A DNA stretch of 64,000 nt from Nemertoderma westbladi. Its lineage: Eukaryota; Animalia; Xenacoelomorpha. The position numbers and the translations under genes are program-made. Shown here one piece after another: positions 46,523-57,635 of the stretch (the stretch's first letter is position 1; each line of letters begins with the position of its first letter). The notes under the pieces are model-generated. The model made no database searches. It was not told the origin of the DNA and was given only the letters and a program-made list of their open reading frames with translations. Location: NCBI GenBank assembly GCA_032718475.1, contig JAUCBJ010006629.1, positions 1 to 64,000 of the forward strand. Direction: 5' to 3'.

Positions 46523-48154
46523 TGTTGCCGTTATCCCTACACCAAGGGGGAAAAACGCCGATGCTGGAGACGTGACTTAACAGACCACCGAGCCCCGGCC
46601 AGTCACCGGATATTGATTGTGGGGAGGGAATATTTTCTGAGATGCAAGTTTGCGGTTGATAAAAAGCTGCATTAGTTGGATATACTCTTTAATGTAACTT
46701 CCTATAGTTGAAACCCGTTCAACATCATTGAAACTTGTTCAACATCACTGAAACTTGATTAAGAATAATTTTGGGCTTCCCCAAATCAATATACACCAAA
46801 TATTCACAATAATTATACACGATAATATAAATCCCTACGGTATATTATTTAATTACCCACTGTTCGCTCAGAATTTTAGCCTACCTAATGTTCCCCAGAT
46901 TTTCCCTCGGTCCCAGTCTTAGTGCCGTAGTGTCGGTGTCGGTCAACCCTGTCGCGTGTCCGTTCCACCCCTCATGAACCCCGAAGGGAACGATCATCGA
47001 GAACCAGCACGGCTTGGCTAAGGGTCGGTCCAGTCGGTAGACTCTGTCGCGTATCCGTACCACCCCTCTCGAACCCCGAAGGGTTCGGTCATCGAGAACC
47101 AGTACGGCTTGGCTAGGAGTCTGTCGTGTCGGTGGACCCGTTCGCGTGTCCGTTCCACCCCTCACGAACCCCGAAGGGTTCGATCATCGAGAACCAGAAC
47201 TGCTTGGCTAGGGGTCCGTCGTTTCGTCACAGAAACCCAACCACCTAGGCTTTCCGAGTCCCTTTCAGGCTCGTAGTCGCTTCGGCAGCCGAGAAACTGC
47301 TCCGAACAGTCGGTAGGCCAGTAGAGTCTAGTCGAGTCTAGTCCTTTGTCTTTCGACCCCATCGCGTGTCCGTTCCACCCCTCACGAACCCCGAAGGGAA
47401 CGATCATCGAGAACCAGTACGGCTTGGCTAAGGGGTCTGTCATCGGTTCCCGTCGCAAATCCCAGTACAAGCAGTCAGCGTTCCGAGTTCTTTTCAGTCT
47501 CGTAGTAGCTGCCGTTGACCAGAGACCGCTAAGGGCAGTTCTCGTCAAACCCGTCCTGTGGCCAGCCCTTTCGCATGTCCGTCCCACCCCTCGCGAACCC
47601 CGAAGGGATCGGTCATCGAGAACCAGTACGGCTTAGGTCAGGGGGCAGTCGTTAGTTGGCCACCCGTTCGCGTGTCCGCTCCACCCCTCACGAACCCCGA
47701 AGGGAACGATCATCGAGAACCAGAACGGCTTGGCTACTAAGGGGCCGTCGGTGCCCGTCGCAAATCCCTGACACAAGCAGTCAGTGGTCCGAGTTCTTTT
47801 CAGTCTCGTAATGGCTGCTGTTGGCCAGGGACCGCTAAGGGCAGTCCTTGTCCTTTAGGCCTGGCGCATTACCAAATCCACCCCTACAGGCAGCAGGAAG
47901 TTGGCCAGGGCCTAATAGTACTCAGGCTAACCTGAATACTGCTTGCATTTTCCATCCCCCCCTGGCCCTTATAACTATGAAATTATTCCCGTACCCTGTA
48001 AGTTGCCCCAAAGTTCGCCCATAAATCGCCCCCAGTTTATTGAATGTGCCCAAAACCCATGGTCCCGCACCCAGTAGTAATATCGGAATAATCAATTTTA
48101 AATAAATACAAAAATATTCAACTCGCGTTATGGAAAGTTGAAATACCGCGAACA
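46523..48154 (-). repeat. 3' LTR of family A copy 2
   Basis: Reverse complement of the copy 1 LTR; one fewer 20-bp subrepeat. Confidence 0.95.
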
Positions 48155-48319
48155 GTCCCCCCCAATGACCTTCGTGAAGTCTGTCGGTCGATTGAGTTTG
48201 CGTAGGTCATTCCCAATATAAAAAACCCAAATTTAATATTGCATAGTTTTTAATTAATTTGGCCTAGAGTTTGTATAAAAATAAATGTTCGATAAATGTT
48301 CCTGGAATATCCCGATCCA

Positions 48320-50920
48320 CTATTTCTTTCTCTGATACGCCTTTCGTCTCTTCGCCCATCGACTCTCATCGATCGCTATGGCTGGTAGAGGAGCGTCAAC
48401 ATCCATCGTGAGTAACGCTTCGGCTTGTCTCCTGGCGGCTCTTCCTTTCGAAGGCATCGGGATCATGTCGGTTCGTCTTTCCAACTCAGACTTGCGTGCC
48501 TCTAGGAACCACTCTCCGTCACCGAACTCCTCTTTATACGAGTATAACCGTCTAATGACTTCAAATGGACCGAATAATCCGGCGCTTAGTAGCAGATCCA
48601 CGTAATGGAAAGGTAGCGTGGCCGACGTGTGGAGGCGTTCCGGGAAGGAGAAATACCCGCACGCCATCTCCTGCGCAATATTCCGAGCGTTTCTCCGAAC
48701 CTTGGTCTTTAAGTGGCTGTTTGCGTATGTTTCAAACATGACCATATTGCCCATAGCGGAAACATCTTTGGTTGGACATTTGATATAGCAGCGGGGGCTA
48801 GAGGAATGTCCGCGGAAACCGCACGTGGTGCAGAGGTTATAAAGGATCGGGCAGACGGAAACGTCGTGGCCCGATGTCGCGCAGTATGGGCAATAGAGTA
48901 TCCCGAGGAGCTGGAGGCAAGAATCGGTAACCCGATTCCTTCTGCCGCGTGGGCACTGCTCCGAGCCGCAGTCGCCGCATACCTCCAACTGCATCTCTCG
49001 ACCGGGGAATATCGGAATCGGGACGCCGACGTAGTATTCGAGTCGTTGGTCGCTCTTCGGAATATTCTCGGTGGTCGGTAGCCCGCGGAATGCTAGGCTT
49101 TTGCGTAATAGGTTCTCGCTCCGATAACCTTCTTTGTGTCCCGCTGGTCTCAACTCGGATGACCGTTTCTGGCGGTGGATCCATTCAGTTTGCTCGGCGT
49201 ACCAACGGGTTAGTCGCATAGGGTCCTGAGGAACGGCGGGTGTAGTAGCCACCGCTGGTCGGCGAAGAGGTGCCGGGGTTTTCGACGGAGGGATACCGAG
49301 GAGATCGTCGGGGGTCGGCGCGTCGCTGGGGCCCTCCTCGATCAGTATCGCTGCGCGGGTCCGTTGGTGGCTGGTACTCGGAATCTCCGACGACCAATCT
49401 TCGCCACCCGGGAAAGGATACGGGGATAACCGTTGGCATATGTCGCCGAAGTCGCTCAATGCAGCTGTAGTAGCCACCTCCCTCGCGGGGCTACCGGAGC
49501 CGCGTGGAGTGTAAACGCCTGCTCTCTTCATCGGTTCGGTCGAGGCAACCCGTTTGGCGGCTGGTCCATACGCGGCCTCCGGCTCTAGTTGTCGCTTCGG
49601 GGTGGAGAGTAGAACACCCTCGTTTAGCCATATCTCTTCCCCTTCCGAAGAGATCAGAGGCTCCTCCGCACCGAGAAGTTCGGTAATCGTAGGGATGTCG
49701 TAAGGTCCGCTCTCGTCCCAGGAATCGATAACGGCGGGTGTTTTCGATTCTCCCGGTGTAATGTTCTCGACCGCTTTAAACGCGTGGTTTATAACCTCGT
49801 TCCAGTCGTAGTCGACGAAGGAAAGGGGGACCGCCGTAATAAGGTTATCGAGAGTTTTACAGATAAACTTAGCGACGGTGTAGCATTCCATAACGACGTA
49901 AACGTAGTTCCGTCGATCGGGATTCTCCCATCTTTGGTGTATCGTCCACTTCCGATCAACGTCCTTCCATCGACCCTCTCGCTCGCTCTTTATTTCCAAT
50001 CCCGGGTATCCACCGTATATTTTATTATAGTCCCGGAATTTCTGAGGTTTGAAGTCGATACCGCCGTTTAGCACAGCGAGGTAGCCGATCCCGGATTTCG
50101 TCGGTCTCACCTCTTGGAATCCTCGCATGAACTCGGCGAATCGTAACCAGGCTAGTAACGTTTGAGTGTCGATGCAATGGCTAAGGGCGTTGAGGTCGTC
50201 TCGTCGGTTTCTTCCTGTAGGAGCGTTCGCGTAGTCGTTCCGGACGTCCGCCTTGATATCCGACCCGATTTTAATGACGTCGAAGTCGAAGAGGATCTTT
50301 TGGATTTCCGGAGGCAGCAACCAGATCGCTCCGGCTGCCTGCACTTCCTGTCTGGGTGTCGGGAATATTCGGCACACCAGTACCAAACCGTCCAGGGTTC
50401 CGAGGACGACGACTAAGGATCGACCGTATTCTTTCGCCCCGTACTTTTCCTGGTAGTCGTCGCGGTTTTGGATAATCGATACGCGTTCCTCTCGAAGCGT
50501 CGCCGTACACTCCGACAGGTTTCCCCAGTGGGCGAGGTACGTACTCTTGTCGTCGACGAAACTTTGACATCTCGCCAACGTAATCGCTTTCGAGGTGGGC
50601 GTCGCGTTTCCCTCGTTGTCGTAGATCAAACATCGGGATCTGTAGACGCTCTGCCGGAACGTTTCCCAAAACGACGAATCGTCCCCTCCGGTTGCCTTTG
50701 CGTTCCGAGTTCTTTTCAGTCTCGTACTAGCATCGGCTAACCGGAGGGCTCGTAGATTCTTAGAATCCGGTCCCTCTCGCCCGGTGAATTTAATGACTCG
50801 CACGTTCTCATTTAGCAGGGTGCCCCAATTTGTATCAAAGTCAGGGGATCCAGGTTGCGAATATTCCAGTAGATCTATCGTGTTACGTAATTCGCCGATA
50901 ATTTGGCGATTTGGGTCCAT
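48320..50920 (-). CDS. ORF3, 866 aa: DEDDy/DnaQ-like 3'-5' exonuclease (WRN/EXD2/Mut-7-like), disordered linker, tandem CCHC knuckles, basic tail
   Basis: ExoI-like LIYDNEG; LPPEIQKILFDFDVIKIGSDIKADV (ExoII); CIDTQTL; RWENP...YVVMECY (ExoIII, E for D); CPYCATSGHDVSVC and CTTCGFRGHSSSPRC; C-terminal KRRKAYQRKK. Confidence 0.8.
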   Translation of the reverse strand: MDPNRQIIGELRNTIDLLEYSQPGSPDFDTNWGTLLNENVRVIKFTGREGPDSKNLRALRLADASTRLKRTRNAKATGGDDSSFWETFRQSVYRSRCLIYDNEGNATPTSKAITLARCQSFVDDKSTYLAHWGNLSECTATLREERVSIIQNRDDYQEKYGAKEYGRSLVVVLGTLDGLVLVCRIFPTPRQEVQAAGAIWLLPPEIQKILFDFDVIKIGSDIKADVRNDYANAPTGRNRRDDLNALSHCIDTQTLLAWLRFAEFMRGFQEVRPTKSGIGYLAVLNGGIDFKPQKFRDYNKIYGGYPGLEIKSEREGRWKDVDRKWTIHQRWENPDRRNYVYVVMECYTVAKFICKTLDNLITAVPLSFVDYDWNEVINHAFKAVENITPGESKTPAVIDSWDESGPYDIPTITELLGAEEPLISSEGEEIWLNEGVLLSTPKRQLEPEAAYGPAAKRVASTEPMKRAGVYTPRGSGSPAREVATTAALSDFGDICQRLSPYPFPGGEDWSSEIPSTSHQRTRAAILIEEGPSDAPTPDDLLGIPPSKTPAPLRRPAVATTPAVPQDPMRLTRWYAEQTEWIHRQKRSSELRPAGHKEGYRSENLLRKSLAFRGLPTTENIPKSDQRLEYYVGVPIPIFPGREMQLEVCGDCGSEQCPRGRRNRVTDSCLQLLGILYCPYCATSGHDVSVCPILYNLCTTCGFRGHSSSPRCYIKCPTKDVSAMGNMVMFETYANSHLKTKVRRNARNIAQEMACGYFSFPERLHTSATLPFHYVDLLLSAGLFGPFEVIRRLYSYKEEFGDGEWFLEARKSELERRTDMIPMPSKGRAARRQAEALLTMDVDAPLPAIAIDESRWAKRRKAYQRKK

Positions 50921-52170
50921 ATTTACGATTATATCCGTTACAAATTAGATCAGTTAATTATAAGTCCAGAAAGTCTGAAACTATAGCGATAGCAGAATAA
51001 TTCAGTTTTTTATTTAATTCAGTTTATTAAATAATATTGCTATATAGACATCTATCATCTTATTGCTAATACATTCAGCATTTACAGTTACTATAGCTAT
51101 ACATTAATATCCAACCAGTTTTTTATGACTTTTTTGTCCTTTTCTTTTTTCTAATTCTTTTCTTTAGACTTTTTTATACCTTTTTTTTTTGTCTTTTTTC
51201 ATTTCATTATTATTTCATCTCATTTCATTTATTTCCACATATTTCAACACATTTATTTCCACCATTTATTTCACATTTATTTATTTCCACATCATCATTG
51301 GGTTTATAGCCCCCCGGCTATCATCATTGGTTATAAGCGCAGCACCAGGGTGCGCATCATTACATTTTCATCAGCATAGGCGTCATCATTCAGGTTTATA
51401 GTAGAGTTGTCTGATCCTTTTCATCGTTTCCAACTATATTCAATCATTTTCTTTGGTTAATCTTTGTCGTGGAAGGGGTGTTACGCGGCAATCTGGGATC
51501 TACAGCTGGACTCGTTACACCGCCTACGCCCCAAACTGCGCACGTAACGGACAATGACGACGCTGGGAGTGAAGTCACGTGGATGCACCAGGGACCCACC
51601 AGAATAACACTCCCAACAACATAAAGCTCAGTCGACGAAGTCATGTGGGATGGGGTTACGCAACATTCTGGGATCTACAGCTGGACTCGTTACACCGCCT
51701 ACGCCCCAAAATCCACGCAACGGTCCCACCAGAATAACGCGACTGAGAAACATAAAACCCTCTATCGTCGAAGTCATGTGGATGCACCATGGATCCACCA
51801 GAATAACGGGATAGAGGGGGTGTTGCGCAGCAATCCGGGATCTACAGCTGGACTCGTTACACCGCCTACGCCCCGAACTGCGCACGCAACGGACAACATA
51901 ACATACTGCAATGAATACAATGAATTCCACTTCAAATCTTCACCATTTCCAATAATCCAATATCGTAGGTCCTGATGACCAAAATCAGGGTAAACAATGC
52001 ATAAACGACCCTGCGTCAGTCGAAACATCTGCAGGGTGACGCTGGACTCCACATAACACACGAGGAAACACAAATACCATTGCGTGGTTACAGTTGGTTT
52101 AAGGGGGGTCCATAACTCATTGTCGATAAATCACAGTTTTATAAGAGTTTGTCAACATGATAAGAAGGGT

Positions 52171-52938
52171 TTAAACGCATTTGTAATTGTCACCAATGTC
52201 CGCAGCAGGATCCGTAGTAGGGAACTTATCACCTCTTGTAGAATCACCACTGTCATTGCCTTCAAGAAGGCACAGCTTCTGGATGGGGCGTTGGTAGTGG
52301 CCCGATTTCGTTCGTATCGTCACAGTCCTCGCAAGTCCGTCTTTGCTTGGGTGTATGGTCACGACCCGCGCCACAGGCCAGTGAACGCGGTCTTTGAGAT
52401 CTTCTTTAACTAGTACCATGTCGCCAACTGCGACGTTCCGGTAGGTGTTGTTCCATTTCCTCCTGGTCCGGAGGGTTATAAGGTATTCCTGGGCCCAAAT
52501 TCTCCACCAATGCGCTGCCAACGCTTGGGCCTTTTTCCAGTTTGTATGTTTCGCGATCTCGTTGGGATCCGGGAACATGGTTTCCGGGAGGAGGTGGGTT
52601 TTGGGTCTCCCCAGTAAGTGGTTAGGAGTGAGGGGTTCCAGGTCTGTGGGGTCGTCGCGGCTAGGAACAATGGGTCGGTTGTTCAGGGTAGCCGTGATCT
52701 CGCAGAATGTTGTACGGAGGGTGTCATGGGTTACCCGGGTATCGCCTAGAGCGACGCGCATGGATCGTTTCACTAGGTCGATCAGTTTCTCCCATACCCC
52801 GCTCGTATGGGGTGCTAAGGGGGTCTGGAAGTGCCACTGTTTCTGGTGTTCCTTCCAGACTTGGGATGCAGTGTTATCGGTAAACCATCCCTCGATCGCC
52901 TCTCTAAGTTCTTTCTCCTCCCACAAAGTTTGTACCAT
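52171..52938 (-). CDS. Integrase C-terminal part (after a single-base frameshift near 52910)
   Basis: WHFQTPLAPHTSGVWEKLI, LNNRPI, LTPNHLLG, WAQEYL, RPIQKLCLL; true frame continues from SDNGTNFVGG. Confidence 0.9.
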   Translation of the reverse strand: MVQTLWEEKELREAIEGWFTDNTASQVWKEHQKQWHFQTPLAPHTSGVWEKLIDLVKRSMRVALGDTRVTHDTLRTTFCEITATLNNRPIVPSRDDPTDLEPLTPNHLLGRPKTHLLPETMFPDPNEIAKHTNWKKAQALAAHWWRIWAQEYLITLRTRRKWNNTYRNVAVGDMVLVKEDLKDRVHWPVARVVTIHPSKDGLARTVTIRTKSGHYQRPIQKLCLLEGNDSGDSTRGDKFPTTDPAADIGDNYKCV

Positions 52939-55900
52939 TATCGGAATACATGTGGCGGCATGTCCCGTTGTTCGCCACGAACCGACGCAGAGCGTTGATG
53001 AATGCGTGTTGTGTCAGATTTACCACGATATCTAGGTAAATTGCCCTAGACCTTAGGCAGGTGAAGATGGCTCCCCAGCATTTGATGTTGGATCGTCGTT
53101 CAATAACCGTGAACGGTCCGAAACAGTCCACTCCGGTGACGTAGAATGGTTGGGAATCCGCTTGTAGACGGGTGGCTGGTAAGTCGGCCATCTTTTGGGT
53201 GATTGGTGGCGCTAGGTAACGTCTGCAGGTGAAGCAACGTTTCAACACTTTCCGGATCAGTGGCTGGATGTGGGTGATCCAATATCTTTGTCTTATATTA
53301 GCTATAATCCAATTCTGTCCTGCGTGGTGGTTGTCCTCGTGACATTGTAGAATTAATAGCTTAGCTAGTGTCGACGTTCCGGGCAGAAGCGCCGGGTATT
53401 TAACCTCATATTCGACCGGGGCGTTTGCCATCCGGGTATTCAGTCGGATCAGTCCGTCCTCTCCCATCATTGGTCTCAGTTGGTAGACTGGGCTGTCCGG
53501 TTTCAACGTTTTGCCCGCACTAAGTTGTTCCCATTCATCGGGGAAACTTTCTTTCTGGACATATCTAACAATACACTTCTCCGCAATAATGAGTTCTTGT
53601 ATATTCCATTGAACTATCGGTTTGTTGTTTTTCCACCGTAGGAAGTTGCGAAGGGTTATAACGTGATAGACGAGCCGTCTCATGGATGAAGTTCGCTCGA
53701 TCAACCGATGTAAAGACGCCGCTAGTTGGGTGATCGTCGCGACGTTATAGTGCCTGCCCGAGTCCTTTGCAGGCTCAGTCAGACAACTATAAATTTCCAC
53801 CGCGTTGCTTCGATGGATTTTACGGATCTCTTTATCGTCCTTTTCCGCGAACTCCTGGGTCTCCAAATTAAAATATTTCGTCATCTCTCGTTGGGTTTTC
53901 TCGGTTTCCAGAAACAAATCCTCATCAAGATCTGAAGCTGAGCAATAACCCACAGAGGTTACATTCTCTTTAATCTTACATTTAGGAAGGTAGGTATAGG
54001 TGTCCGTAGTTTCCTCCTTAATGCCGCAGAGTGTCCATCCCATTACTGTTCGTTCAGCATAAAATCCATCATCCTGGTTTATAGATCGAGCGATATCTCC
54101 GGTGGGGATGTGTAGTTCCGGTGTATCAAGTCCAATCAGTAGGGTGATACGGTTCACGTCCAACTGCGGACACCTCAGGTCTACATCGTCTCGGTCTAAT
54201 TGTATGAGGGGGGCGTACTCGGCTGATTGTCGGAACCGCACCCGGAGGTCTGTGTGTACCAAGGCGTTCTTGATGGTTAACTTAGCTGTTTCATAGCCCT
54301 TCATCACTCCTTCCATCTGGAGTTGCACCTCCCCGGACTCTACCTCTCTGTTATCGGTGATGGTTTGTATGGGCCGTTTACAAGGTTCATATTCTAGGCC
54401 GAGTTGCTCGAGGAAATCCCGGTCGATGATGGTTCCGTCAGACCCGTTATCGAGGAACGCGAGTGTCGTCAAAGATTTGCCGACTCCTTGGATCCTTACT
54501 GGGATTACCTTTGCGAAAACCATGTAGCGGCGATTTATAAGATTAATCGTGGCCGAAATATTGGTTACTTGTGGTGTATCGGTGGAGATCTTAAACGGGT
54601 TGGTTTCTCTCCGTTGGGTTGTCCGGGTTCCTTTGAAGATGTGGTTTGTTTCTCCTCTTCGCCTGGCTTCGATCCGAAAGGGGAGGGTAGTAAAATCGAA
54701 GTTCGCGGGGATGTGGAGGAGCGTGTGATGGCGTTGGTCGTTACAGACAGTACAGCATGATCTTTGGTCGCACTCCCGAACATAGTGACCTGTTCCAAGA
54801 CACCGGAAGCATCCTCGGTGTTTCATTATCGCCTCGAAGCGTGGGACGAGTTCGGCGAACTGAAACTTTCTGCAGAATTCCACTTTGTGTTTCTCCCCAC
54901 AGAAGAGACAGAGCAGGGAATTTGTGATGCCTTCCCTTTCGGGTGCCCAACTCGCGAGATAACATGCCCATTCCTCGGCGGATGTCGGTTCCTCGTAGTC
55001 TTCGTCGTCGGAATCCTCGGCCATGGTAATGGCCATCGTACTTACCGGTGGGGGGCGGAATCTCGGTTTCGGAGGGGTTATCTTACTCCTGGAGTTGCTC
55101 TCTATTCCGTCCAACTTTGCGAGACTTTGTTTTGAAAACATCGAGTCATTCATGGCCTCGGAGATATCGTCCAGGAATGCCGACATTTCAAGGAAGCTAG
55201 GATCTCGATCTGGATGTCTGCGCCGGAGATCTACACATTTATAAGCCCACTTACTTTGTAGCCATCCGGGGAACTTCTTGGCGATCTGTCGGAGGTTTAG
55301 AATGTTGTTCACCTGGTCCTCCTTATTTAAGGGTTTCAAAGTATAGTATGCATCCTTCATAGAGTCGGAGAATTCCTGTATGTTCTGTGGGTCCCCTAGT
55401 GATCCCGCGTCCTGTATCAGTCTCTCTAGAGTTTTATTAATTATAGTTCCGGTATTTCCGTATCTTTTATCTAGAGTTTTCCATGCGTCATAGTATGCCT
55501 CATGAGAACCTCCTTCAAAACATGCAACAATTCTGCGTGGTTTGTCACCCAGGTATTGCGATAAATATACCAATTTCTGTGCGTCGGCTATGTCCGTTGA
55601 TCCGATCTGCGCAAAGAACCGTTTCTTGAATCTGAGGTAATCGACGGGATCTCCTTCGAAGGTGCGAATCTCCATCTTAGGCATGGCAAGGCGGTTCTCC
55701 AACGCCCGGATGATGCTGACGTCGTCTGAACTAGAGTGACTCGGAGGGTTATAGTTATTGGCACTCACTCCCATACTTGATGGATCAATAATAGGTGGAG
55801 TTTTAATAATGACGCGGCTACGAGTTTGTGGTGTGGATGTAAATGGGTTGTTAGATCGGGGAGTGGCGTCCCGTTCCGAGTCCCTTTCAGGCTCGTACTT

Positions 55901-57196
55901 GGGTACACTCGCTGTCGTGGTGTTGGATGGGAAATAAGGTTCCTCATTCTTTAGCGTAGCTGGTGGGGGATGAAACACCGGGGCTTGTGCCGATAGCGTA
56001 GACTGTTTGGTAGGCGGGATCTCGGGTTTCGGAGGTTTCGCCGCTGTTGGTGTAAATGACTTTTCTAACTCCGGTACCGGAATTGGTTCATATTCCTGAT
56101 CTATATCCCTTTCCCAGTCCTCGTAGAGTTGAATATCTCGTTCGATAAGTGCGGCTTCGTATTCTGCGAGTTTTGCAATATCCGCATTCTTTTTGTGGAT
56201 GAGAATTGCTTGGGCCTCGGCGTGTTGTTTACGCATTTCCGCTTCCCATTTACGTTGTTCGATCTCTCGTTCGGCCTCTCGTCCGCATTGTTCGGCCTCC
56301 TGTTTGCGTTGTTCGGCCTGTCGTTCGTCCTCCCGTCTATGTTGTTCGGCCTCCTGTTTGCGTTGTTCGGCCTGTCGTTCGTCCTCCCGTCTATGTTGTT
56401 CGGCCTCTCGTCTACGTTGTTCGGCCTGTCGTTCGGCCTCTCGTCTATGTTGTTCGGCCTCCTGTTCACGTTGTTCGGCCTGTCGTTCGGCCTCTCGTCT
56501 ATGTTGTTCGGCCTCCTGTTCGCGTTGTTCGGCCTGCCGTTCGGCCGCTTGTTCGGCCTCTCGCTTTTGTGTTTCGGCGGCTAATACATCTTGCTCGGCT
56601 TGCAGTTGAATATACTCATCTTCCATCCGAGCTTTGAGGGCTAATGCCTTCCGTTCTCGCAGTTGGTCTCGGAGTGGCGGCGCCCCTTGAGAACTGCGCG
56701 CCGAGCCGGATATCTCGCTCCTAGCGCTGGAGTGCTGATTTCTAGCGGACCCCATTCTCTTTCGATGTACTGCTGTCCTGATGCTGGAGGATCGTACTGA
56801 TTCCGCGTCAGCCCTCTTGTAATACTGTTCCTCATAGCCTCTCACAAGGCTGAGGGTCCTCCGGTGTTGTTTGCGGAACCCATCTAGATGTACAACGTGT
56901 TCTTCCAACTTGGGGTAGTTTTCCTGATCGGTGGGGGGAACGAGCTCTTGGTACGCCTGTATCATTCTTTCGTACCGCTGTAGGATATTTCGGATACTTT
57001 GAAGCTGAGTTTGTACCTCATTGAGGGGGGTTTTGACTCCCTTGAGTTGTTTCTCCATCCGTTGATACGCTCGGGTTACTCCGCCTTTAAGAGCCCCTAA
57101 CCGACGGGTCATGTTCTTGACGTTTGGTACCTCGTCGGCTTCCGAGTCTGTGTGGTGATCCATCTCGTCGGTATCGGATACGTTATTTGTTGTCAT
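52904..57196 (-). CDS. Gag-protease-integrase (N-terminal and core) in-frame fusion lacking RT and RNase H
   Basis: Same gag and protease as copy 1; junction at EFAEKD/DKEIRK; then HEDNHHAG...CFTC zinc finger, GVDCFGP, YSDNGTNF. Confidence 0.92.
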   Translation of the reverse strand: MTTNNVSDTDEMDHHTDSEADEVPNVKNMTRRLGALKGGVTRAYQRMEKQLKGVKTPLNEVQTQLQSIRNILQRYERMIQAYQELVPPTDQENYPKLEEHVVHLDGFRKQHRRTLSLVRGYEEQYYKRADAESVRSSSIRTAVHRKRMGSARNQHSSARSEISGSARSSQGAPPLRDQLRERKALALKARMEDEYIQLQAEQDVLAAETQKREAEQAAERQAEQREQEAEQHRREAERQAEQREQEAEQHRREAERQAEQRRREAEQHRREDERQAEQRKQEAEQHRREDERQAEQRKQEAEQCGREAEREIEQRKWEAEMRKQHAEAQAILIHKKNADIAKLAEYEAALIERDIQLYEDWERDIDQEYEPIPVPELEKSFTPTAAKPPKPEIPPTKQSTLSAQAPVFHPPPATLKNEEPYFPSNTTTASVPKYEPERDSERDATPRSNNPFTSTPQTRSRVIIKTPPIIDPSSMGVSANNYNPPSHSSSDDVSIIRALENRLAMPKMEIRTFEGDPVDYLRFKKRFFAQIGSTDIADAQKLVYLSQYLGDKPRRIVACFEGGSHEAYYDAWKTLDKRYGNTGTIINKTLERLIQDAGSLGDPQNIQEFSDSMKDAYYTLKPLNKEDQVNNILNLRQIAKKFPGWLQSKWAYKCVDLRRRHPDRDPSFLEMSAFLDDISEAMNDSMFSKQSLAKLDGIESNSRSKITPPKPRFRPPPVSTMAITMAEDSDDEDYEEPTSAEEWACYLASWAPEREGITNSLLCLFCGEKHKVEFCRKFQFAELVPRFEAIMKHRGCFRCLGTGHYVRECDQRSCCTVCNDQRHHTLLHIPANFDFTTLPFRIEARRRGETNHIFKGTRTTQRRETNPFKISTDTPQVTNISATINLINRRYMVFAKVIPVRIQGVGKSLTTLAFLDNGSDGTIIDRDFLEQLGLEYEPCKRPIQTITDNREVESGEVQLQMEGVMKGYETAKLTIKNALVHTDLRVRFRQSAEYAPLIQLDRDDVDLRCPQLDVNRITLLIGLDTPELHIPTGDIARSINQDDGFYAERTVMGWTLCGIKEETTDTYTYLPKCKIKENVTSVGYCSASDLDEDLFLETEKTQREMTKYFNLETQEFAEKDDKEIRKIHRSNAVEIYSCLTEPAKDSGRHYNVATITQLAASLHRLIERTSSMRRLVYHVITLRNFLRWKNNKPIVQWNIQELIIAEKCIVRYVQKESFPDEWEQLSAGKTLKPDSPVYQLRPMMGEDGLIRLNTRMANAPVEYEVKYPALLPGTSTLAKLLILQCHEDNHHAGQNWIIANIRQRYWITHIQPLIRKVLKRCFTCRRYLAPPITQKMADLPATRLQADSQPFYVTGVDCFGPFTVIERRSNIKCWGAIFTCLRSRAIYLDIVVNLTQHAFINALRRFVANNGTCRHMYSDNGTNFVGGERT

Positions 57197-57384
57197 TGTA
57201 ACGCCTCGTCGATGGCTAGATACGCGATGTCGTAAAACAGTTCCTCGTAGGTATTGTACTCAGCTTGGACCACCCGAACAGTAATCCTGAATCGTCCAAC
57301 GTTCATTCCTTGTACCTCAACTTCGACGTGCCAGATTCCTGGCTCAACTTGAATTATATCAATGGGTGTGATCGATACTTCCAT
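57193..57384 (-). CDS. 63-aa upstream ORF overlapping the gag start
   Basis: Homologue of 15906-16097 with the same ATGA overlap. Confidence 0.55.
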   Translation of the reverse strand: MEVSITPIDIIQVEPGIWHVEVEVQGMNVGRFRITVRVVQAEYNTYEELFYDIAYLAIDEALQ

Positions 57385-57635
57385 TCCCTGTTAACAACTC
57401 TCCAAATATGTGATCTGCCGACTACGAGTTGGTTAGATCGAGTTTGTTGATGAATTAAACCACGACTTTGTCTCAACTCAAATACCAGAGTTTCCTCGTA
57501 GTGGGTGCTGGCAAGCACGTAGAGAGTTTTTGAAGAGTATTGAAGGATTCTCAACTTCCACCAGTTGAAGTTGACCGTAATTATCCTTAATTTTGACACC
57601 CTGTCAAAATTAACCACGTGAATTATTCTTAATTT

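Noticed and set aside
52904-52938. Programmed frameshift within integrase of copy 2
   Set aside because: A single missing A in the catalytic core with no slippery heptamer; more likely a mutation or sequencing error.
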